Of a stretch of 64,000 nt of DNA, positions 55,061-64,000 are shown piece by piece. Location: NCBI RefSeq assembly GCF_006345805.1, contig NC_042999.1:18166001-18230000 (forward strand), given 5' to 3'. Under the pieces are notes generated by a model that was not told the DNA's origin, did no database searches, and saw nothing but the letters and a program-made list of their open reading frames with translations. Position numbers and translations under genes: made by a program. This DNA is from Octopus sinensis. Lineage: Eukaryota. Each line of letters starts with the position of its first letter. Position 1 is the stretch's first letter.

Positions 55061-56788
55061 TGAGGATGAGAAACACTGAGCTGAAGTCTATTCCCGCGTT
55101 ATATGCAAATAATACTTTTCTATCGGATTCATGTAAACTTTAATAGTTTTGCTGTTTACACATTAATAGTATTGCCACCCTGCAGTTTTAGTAATAAACC
55201 AACTTAACACTCTCATTAAAATGGATGTGTCTCATTGAAGGTTAATATAGTATAATGGCTAGAAAATCCAAGAATAATATTAAAATACCGAACCAACATA
55301 TCAAATCGTATCTGTTTCTTATCAGCTAACAATTGAACCACAGTGCATACACATTTCATTATTCTGAAAGAAAGGAATGGATAAAAGATTGTCTTCAGTT
55401 AAATAAAAATAATAATTTCGAATAAGTCTTAGTTTAGAAGAATTTAATATTTCTTGCTTTATGTTTGTCATGTTTAATATTTCTCTTTTCGGTTACGTGC
55501 AAATTATTAATTTCTTCTTTATGGAAGTAAATAACTATATAAACGTCTTCAGAAATATGGAAATAGATATTTTTTCCACAAAAGAATATTTTGAGAAAAC
55601 ACAGAATGTATTATGAATAATTTTGTATGCTGTATTTGGCATAATAATAAAAAAGTGATTTATTGTTTTCAAATTAATGTCAGAATGATTTCAATACTTT
55701 TCAATTCTGAATAGTTTTCGGTATTATTGATATATTCTTTTTACTTATTAATAAAGAATTTGATTTATATAAAATGAAAGATGTGATTATATGACGTTCA
55801 TATGTTTGGTAAGGATTTTTTCTTTACCACATAGAGAAAAAGAGAATCAACCAGTTCAGTATATTTCTCATGTATACTTGTGCTATCAGCAAAACTACAG
55901 ATTTACAGTCTGCAATCGAATCCATTCATATTTGCGTGCTTGCTCACCGAAACATAACTCCAGTCTAGTATGTTGCTCCTAGGGCCTTCGTTCGCTATCT
56001 GCTTTCATAGGCAGATGAAGGCGGGATATCAGCAGAATGGATAGAGCGAATGGATAAATGTATTTCGGTATGCAGCACTTCATTCCACAAGGTTTTGGGT
56101 TAAAACTGCAGTAAAGTTGATTTCACCGTGCATCCAAAATGGGTTGATAAAATATTCATTCACGTGTTCGTGGTATTTCAATAGCATATACACTTCTCAT
56201 TCGAATGTTGTGTTAATGTGCATGATCATTGATCATATCTGATTGTACGTTTTTAAATATGTATCAGAAAATAGGTTGCTGGAATTTGAAGTTCTTCCCT
56301 TCTGTTTCATTTCTATGTTCTTGAACACTGGTATAACCCGAGATTTAATTTTCTGAGCATAATTCATGCTATTTGCCTTTGTAAAGAAACGTAGAACATC
56401 TGTATATCTCAATCGACTTATTTAAGAATACGATTTCCTTTCTGTAGAGTCAAACGTTCTCTTAGCTTGCATAACATTCTATAAAATGTAAGCAAAATAT
56501 CTATTTGAAAAACAGAAAAAAGCTCTCAAATACTTTGTTTGAAAATATATATTCATAAGTAGTTCTACAGTTCTTCATACTGCTAGGAAGGACTTCGTCG
56601 AGACGGTATTCCAACCATGTTTCTTTTCCAATCTAAAGTATATCTATGAAATGAATATTCATCAATTTCCAAGTGTTGTTTCTGGGCATGACTTCTAACT
56701 TCAGGAAATATGCGGGAAGACCTCATAATTGCTTCTACTTATGTATAAGGTATATGTAATATATTAAATATATTACACTGCTCCTAGT

Positions 56789-56937
56789 GATCAACTAGTA
56801 CTTATTTTATCGACCTTGAAATCATGAAAGTGATTTTCGACTTCGATGGAATTTTAACTTAGAACGTAATGAACGACGAAATACCTCTGAGTATTTTGCC
56901 CTCTGTGCTAAACAATTCTGGCGGCTCGCAGCCTTAT
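56789..56937 (-). mobile_element. SINE family A, degenerate
   Basis: TAGTACTTATTTTATCGACCTTGAAATCATGAAAG...GGAATTTTAACTTAGAACGTAA...GACGAAATACC. Confidence 0.7.
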
Positions 56938-58444
56938 CTATCAACTATATAATATTGGATTCAAACGACATACAGCGTTTTTATTTGTGTATTACATTCA
57001 TTTATGCAAGGAAATCTCTTATCACATACATAAATAAGAATGTGCGAACGTCGGTGTCGCTTTGTTACATCCTAATTGTGATACACAAAGTAAATGGAAA
57101 CAAACAAACAAATTGACTGGGGAACATGAATCATATACAGGTGCAGTGTATGTGATACACGTTCAGTATCCATTCGATTTCAAGCTAGAGAAGTCACTTA
57201 CTAACTATGAAAATGCTAATGAACATTCAGATATTATATACATTGAAATCGTATGTTTGTTCAGGATAGCTGGTCTCAGATGACTGAAAAAAGTAAAGCA
57301 TGGACGATTTTAAGGCTTTCCTGTTGAACCTATGACGAATTATGTATTCTTCAAAGTACGTACGTATTTTCAAGCACAAAACGTTACCTGGACATTTTCG
57401 GAGTTATAAAAATAAAAAAGCAGTGCTTCTTGTAGATAGTTTATGATCACAAGACGTCTTACAGTATTTAAAGAAATTATGGAAGAGAATTACTCTAGAG
57501 TTTTATCATAAATCTAGCTCACAGTTTACGAGGTAAAACCAAAATTACTTACTCTGCTCCACGTATGGGGAGTAGCATAAATGTTAACTGTCCCATATAA
57601 AATGTGTGAACTTTGGTCGTTTATTTTCCCCTACCTTAAACAAATTAAAACACAAGCATTGAAAGTAAAGAACAAGACCCTGTGATCAATCACTGACTTT
57701 TCGAATTCACTATACATTCAGTATTGTAAAATTTATTGAACTTGGGAAAGCGTTAACCATATACATTTTCTTTAATATACTGCCAAATCCCATTGAACAT
57801 ATTGCAAGAATTGGACACAGTTAATATCTGATATTAGGAGGTTAATTCTTATAAGGATATCGTTCCTTTATTATATGGTTTTATCAATTCTCTAAACGAA
57901 TTGGAGAAACTAAGACATGATTTGATTTCACCTATACGGAAATTTTAAAGATATCCAATTTCGTTATTGCTTTGCATCCCAGAATAAACATATATTTGAC
58001 AATATATTTAAAATTTATGAATTTGATGCTTAATTCTCTTCTGGACTATAATATTGGTGACGTTTCCTTTGCGTTTCAACAAATTCTGTAATCATAGCAT
58101 GTATTTTTTTCCTTCTATTTCGATCTGATTAACAGAAATAAAATTAGAATAACTACTTCAGTAGTGATAAAAATGTAATTAGCGACGGGGCATAAATATA
58201 GATCAAAGATTATACGACGCGTACACATCATTAGGAAATAGCAATCATGTGAAAATATTTTGAAGTCACTATAATTTTCCAGAAATGCATTATTTCCAAT
58301 TTTAAACGACTGTCATATTCGGTTTAGGAATGTTACGTTGTGAGATAAATATATCACAAAATATGCTTAAGAATACTATGAAAGTGTGTGAAGCTTGGTT
58401 AGTTGTATGTATGTAGACGTACGTTCATACATACAGACACACAC

Positions 58445-58499
<55 letters not shown>

Positions 58500-58605
58500 G
58501 ATATATATATATATATATATTATATATGAGTATATATGCATTCATTTGTGTGTGTGTGCAAAGACAGATATATAGAATTAGATACGTTTATATATGCACA
58601 AAATA

Positions 58606-58870
58606 TCAGGACTGTCCAAAATGGTGGGGAACTGTCGAAATGGAAAATAACAGACACCGAGACACAGACGTCGGAAGTCGGAAATGAAAAGAACAACTCT
58701 CACCACTTCGTTTCCCGCCAAAACATCCTGCTGTAAATATTATCGCCTCTTCCATACTGCCCTCCGCCTGTACACCCACCTCAGGCGGCGCCGGTACTAA
58801 CCGCAACCATCAAAATGAAGGAATACACTCTCTAGACAAATACGGAGACGAGTTAGTGCCGACGACTACG
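58606..58870. other. Unexplained GC/CpG-rich patch
   Basis: About 49% GC over 58621-58860 and roughly 18 CpGs by hand count, lying between two (TA)n tracts. It matches no repeat seen elsewhere in the window. Confidence 0.6.
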
Positions 58871-58930
58871 ATATCATGCATATATATATATAATATATAT
58901 ATATATATATTATATATATATATATATATA

Positions 58931-59351
58931 GGCGCAGGAGTGGCTGTGTGGTAAGTAGCTTGCTAACCAACCACATGGTTCCGGGTTCAGTCCCACTGCG
59001 TGGCATCATGGGCAAGTGTCTTCTGCTATAGCGCCGGGCCGACCAATGCCTTGTGAGTGGATTTGGTAGACGGAAACTGAAAGAAGCCTGTCGTATATAT
59101 GTATATATATATATGTATGTGTTTGTTTGTGTGTCTGTGTTTGTTCCCCTAGCATTGCTTGACAACCGATGCTGGTGTGTTTACGTCCCCGTCACTTAGC
59201 GGTTCGGCAAAAAAGAGACCGATAGAATAAGTACTGGGCTTACAAAGAATAAGTCCCCGGGTCGAGTTGCTCGATTAAAGGCGGTGCTCCAGCATGGCCG
59301 CAGTCAAATGACTGAAACAAGTAAAAGAGTAAAAGAGTAAAGAGTAAGAGT
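58931..59351 (+). mobile_element. SINE family B, full length
   Basis: GGCGCAGGAGTGGCTGTGTGGTAAG head, GGGTTCAGTCCC B-box-like motif, internal (TA)n(TG)n and (GTAAAAGA)n tail. Confidence 0.95.
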
Positions 59352-59352
59352 A

Positions 59353-59420
<68 letters not shown>

Positions 59421-59685
59421 CAATAATAATAACAGGGAAGAAGCAAAACCTGTTTTTGCCGCGAAGTTAATTAGTGCTTTATATGAACAAAGATCGGCTG
59501 GAAACTCTCCGAATACAAACGAAAACCTCGAAACGATCGTAAATTTTGTAATACTGCTTTTCTTTGAATTGTAATATTGGAGCGCATGAAACCTAACAAC
59601 TCGATAATTTTTGTTATGTATTTTTATTGCCATGATAAAGGGACTTGACCTTCGAAAATCTGCCCTTCGATTATTCTTATATATA

Positions 59686-59716
<31 letters not shown>

Positions 59717-59734
59717 CATATATATAGCTGTAGA

Positions 59735-59930
59735 AATGAGTTGCGACGTCACTGGTGCCAAGCTGTACCGACCTTTGTCTTTCCCTTGGATAACACTTGT
59801 GGCGTGGAGAGGGGAGGCTGGTATGCATGGGCGACTGCTGGTCTTCCATAAACAACCTTGCCCGGACTTGTGTCTAGGGGGGTAACTTTCTAGGTGCAAT
59901 CCCATGGTCATTCATGACCGAAGGGGTCTT

Positions 59931-59933
<3 letters not shown>
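59735..59933 (+). mobile_element. Probable 3' part of another SINE family
   Basis: A GC-richer block ending GCAATCCCATGGTCATTCATGACCGAAGGGG, bounded by (TA)n on both sides. It resembles, from recall only, cephalopod SINE tails. Confidence 0.45.
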
Positions 59934-59997
<64 letters not shown>

Positions 59998-61257
59998 ATA
60001 TATATATATTTGACACATTTCGTTCCTTTTTTCGTTCTCACTCTATTCCTGCCACTCTCAGGCTTCCTGTCTCCGTCTATTGCTTTCTGTAAATTTGAAC
60101 GATATATATGTGTGTATGCATTTGTGTGCGCGAACGGATGCACACGAATGCAGTACGTCAGTGCAATATGGAAGAACTTTTGAAGTCTTCTGTATATGGT
60201 TGCTAACTGTGCGCATGTTTGATGAACCGGCAAAATCATTGTCAATGACGTACTCAGTAAAAGGATTTGATATCATTTTCAGTGTAGCGCAACTCAGCGG
60301 CACGATTAAATGTTGCATTTCCACATATTTGTAAGGGCAATCTCATACTTTACTGAATAGTAAATGGACTGAAACAATTTCGAGTACAGGATATTTCTAC
60401 GAGAAGAAACGTCTTTTAGAAAGCTGAAAAACCTGGCAAGCAATTTAAATCTATATAAATATGAAGACGCCTTTATTGTCACAACGCTGCCATTATCGAT
60501 ATTTAAACTGGTAAATCACAAGCCCGTACCTATGTAGTGAATGATCAGTGAAATTTATGCGTTTACACCGCTTTTAGAATGGTTTAAATAAAGGTTGAGA
60601 CATTTCCAAGAATTCAAACACTTCATATTTTATTCCGTAGGAATTTTAGTTCACGAAAGTTATGTATATCCCCTGATCCGTTTGCGAGCATACAAAACGT
60701 ATCTCCACGTACGGTTTCGACGTAAACAACCGTTTAACTTGATCTGACGAGCCATATTTTATATCGTGTTTGATAGATTGGAGCCAAATATGTTGCGCTC
60801 ACTGTCCGAGAGGTGTACATCATGCGGTATAACATTGAGTTTATAATTATTATAATTGTTTTATTTTTATAATTCTTTTCGTCCTCGGCATCTTTTTCTT
60901 GGTATTAATGTGATTACGCATTCGAAGATGTGTGAGCTTGAGAGACTTCCGTTCTTTAATTTATCAAGCCTCTCTCATACATTACTTTACCTTCCCACAT
61001 CCATGGCTGCTCTTTCATGCTGTGGTTAAATAACTTTTCTTATTCATATAAGATGTATACAAGGGCCCGCTTCACTATTTTTATTGTGTGTTTAGGAATA
61101 ATTCTGATGATAAATGGAAGCTGTCTTTGTCTCATAAATGAATTTCTAAGCTTGGGTAATTTATATTTTGCTGATCTTATATACGTGTTCGTTATACAGA
61201 GCATAAACTTCAATCACTCTTTCTGTGTTCCTTTCTCAAACACACACACACACACAC

Positions 61258-61295
<38 letters not shown>

Positions 61296-61828
61296 ATATT
61301 CTCGGTGCATATCGTTTTATCCATTCCGTGTGTATATCGCATAAATGTTGAGTAAATCAATGATACAAAGCGGAACGTTGTGCTGTGGGAAACCATTACA
61401 ATGATAGAATACGTCGTAAATGCCAATAACACTTTCATTTTTCTGCTCATTAACTTATGCCCAACAGGTGAGAACAGCTGAAGGAGTTCTATTAATTATG
61501 AAGTCTACTTAACTAATATCAATTAGAACCGAAAATATGAGTTAAATGCCGAACGGTTATTCTGGATGGAATTAATTAGTTTCCTTTTCTGATTTTATTG
61601 CTCGTCGCCTAATGAATACAACGTAATGCAAATGTTTCTAATGGTGGAATATCAAAATGGCTAATATATTCCCAGCGTCTAGAGGCAAATGAAAAGGTTT
61701 CCCTTTCCTACGCAATACATGTGTCGCAAAAACATATGCTATTAACTGATTAAAATGATTCGTTACATATAAATGAATATCTGTGCTCGAATCTAATCAA
61801 TAACCTTTACAAGTAAATGAGGAAAGCT

Positions 61829-62168
61829 AGTCCCACTGTGTGGCATCTTGGGCAAGTGTCTTCTGCTATAGCCTCGGGCCGACCAAAGCCTTGTGAGCGG
61901 ATTTAGTAGACGAAAACTGAAAGAAGCCCGTCGTATAAATGTATATATGTATTTGTGTATATGTTTGTGTGTCTATGTTTGTTCTCCCCCAACATCGCTT
62001 CGCAACCGATGCTGGTGTCTTTACGTCCCCGTAACATACCGGTTCGGCAAAGAGACCGATGTAATAAGTACTTGGCTTACAAAAAAACAAATCCTGGGGT
62101 CGATTTGCTCGACAAAAGAAAATGCTCCAGCATGGCCACAGTCAAATGACTGAAACAAGTAAAGAGTA
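61829..62168 (+). mobile_element. SINE family B, 5'-truncated
   Basis: Begins at AGTCCCACTG and continues to the CAGTCAAATGACTGAAACAAGTAAAGAG tail. Confidence 0.92.
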
Positions 62169-62810
62169 ATGGGTATACATTTAATCGGGAAAAATAGGTA
62201 TGTCTATTAAGTTAATATTCTCTAGCCATGTTGCACTTCTCTCCACAGAAATCTATGTTATACTTGAAGGTTGTCTGAAAGCCAAATAACTTATATAAAC
62301 GAAACAGTATATCAGGACACACTAGCGAAATGAAAATATCAAAAACTGAAATAGGACATACACAAAATGAAATAGCTATAGTGATTAATGCAGAAAGGAA
62401 GAGAAAAACAAATCGAGGCAAAGAGAGTATGCTGCATCATGTTGGTTCTAGAAACCAACATCATAAGCATTACAAAGTGAGAGAGAGAGAGAGAGAGAGA
62501 CAGAGACAGAGAGGGAGAGAGAGAGAGTATACTTTTTTACTTCAATTATACGCAAAAGGATATTAGAAGGAATATTAGGCGAATGTGGAAAACATAGGTT
62601 TGACTATAAGACTACTATTGCAAAATTTGTGGTATTAAATATTCAATAGTAAAAATGTTCATCTTGAACGTGGAACACAATACTGAAACGGCAATATGAA
62701 TATAAACAAACACATGGCCATTGCAGGAATTAGAAACAGAGACACAGAATTATATATCACGTAGATATGTGAAAATATTATTGTAGCAAACAGAAAGGAT
62801 ATATATATAT

Positions 62811-62853
<43 letters not shown>

Positions 62854-63788
62854 GTGTGTATGTATATAATATAAAGGGTGAAATATAATTAATTTAATGA
62901 AATTAATAAATTTCCCCTAGTAGTTTTTTCGGTATGGAAATGACCATATTCGGTAAGAATTATACATAATTGTAATAGGCTGCTATATCTAATATTTCCG
63001 GTATGTGTTTTAAGCAACGTGTTGCAAATAACCCTTTATTATAATTATGTATATATATATGTGAGTGTGTGTATGTGTGTGTGTGTGTGTGTGTGACTGC
63101 GTGTGTATTGTTGCCATATTTCTTTCTCCAAAAGACGAGGACAGGGGAAAGGAGAAATTTCTCCAGTGTAAGACTGGAATATGATAGACGTCACGTAGAT
63201 GAATGTTCCAGGAACTTGAAACCAGAGACCCAGTACAAATGCAGAAAATTACTCTAGCAGCGTATCGAATTTTCCAGTTCACAACCTATGTTCGACAAAT
63301 CTAAAATATCATCCTAAAAGAATGATTATTAATATCTTGGTTTAAATACTATTTCAGATTGATTTTAATGTCTCACAAAATCACAATATGCAATGAATAA
63401 ATCACCAGAGAAAACCGCTGATGAAGTTTGCATACAATATTTAAAGCGTTTCAAATCAAAAACAGTTAATTATGATGAAAATTTAACATATCTATTTCCA
63501 TAACAAAGGCTTTTATCATGTAAGGCAATCCGGGAAGAATACATATTTATATAATACAAATTGACCTTTATAATAATGATTTGATCCAGATATTACATGT
63601 GGCGCCACATCAGCCCTGCTGTTCTCATTATGTTATATTCCTTTAATTTAGTTCAATAACGGAACCCGCTCGATAAATATATTCATGCATGATTTAAAAT
63701 TAACAACAATTATACGTATCATACGGGCCATAGTAATATAATTAAATGAACATCATGTAAATTTAGTCTTTCAAAATTTGACACTTAC

Positions 63789-63881
63789 CATGCAGGGGCA
63801 CAGGCGTCAAAGACAATGGAACGCCTCACCAAAATTGAGTCATATGCTATCGGTTATTAATGGATCAAAATGATAGTAAAC
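63789..63881 (-). other. Candidate 93-bp non-coding exon ending in ATG (unverified)
   Basis: Branch-like TTTAAC, pyrimidine tract and acceptor CCCATCAG|G; consensus donor ATG|GTAAGT. All three frames contain stops. Confidence 0.4.
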
Positions 63882-64000
63882 CTGATGGGAATTGAAACAG
63901 TAAAGTTAAACAGATACTAAGAGGAATTTCATCTGATGCAGTACTAGTTACTTCTTCAAGGGATTTTTTATGCAAAAACAGTAGTTATGCCTTTAGTAAA

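Noticed and set aside
63069-63257. ORF containing VDECSRN, suggestive of a calcium-binding EGF domain
   Set aside because: It lacks the six-cysteine spacing and ends in a stop without a donor site.
63781-63800. ACTTACCATGCAGGGG resembles the 5' end of U1 snRNA
   Set aside because: Similarity stops after ~16 nt, with no U1 stem-loops or Sm site. It is better explained as the reverse complement of a 5' splice site.

Overview
Animal genomic DNA: AT-rich, dominated by (TA)n, (CA)n/(TG)n, (TAA)n and (GATA)n microsatellites and tRNA-derived SINEs. The repeat families look like those of octopus (my recall, not a database result). It reads as intronic or intergenic. I found no intact protein-coding gene, rRNA, tRNA gene or CRISPR array, and most ORFs in the supplied track are microsatellite read-through. 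Recognisable elements: a decayed Penelope-like element with a GIY-YIG endonuclease and hammerhead remnant (480-1480), an internally deleted mariner and a mariner MITE, Tx1/L1, CR1/L2-group and R4/Dong LINE fragments, Helentron-type non-autonomous elements, and over 20 SINE copies from about four families. A 100-N gap is flanked by a 1-kb duplication that is probably an assembly artefact. The most unusual structures are: a divergent inverted pair of elements combining a tRNA B-box, (TAA)n and a hammerhead-like tail (52.7-53.5 kb); a SINE flanked by ~160-170-bp direct repeats (20.8-21.3 kb); a 73-bp insertion with a 14-bp duplication that resembles sequence 2.3 kb away; and weak hints of a spliced minus-strand transcript. 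All alignments and counts were done by eye, so boundaries of degenerate copies are approximate.
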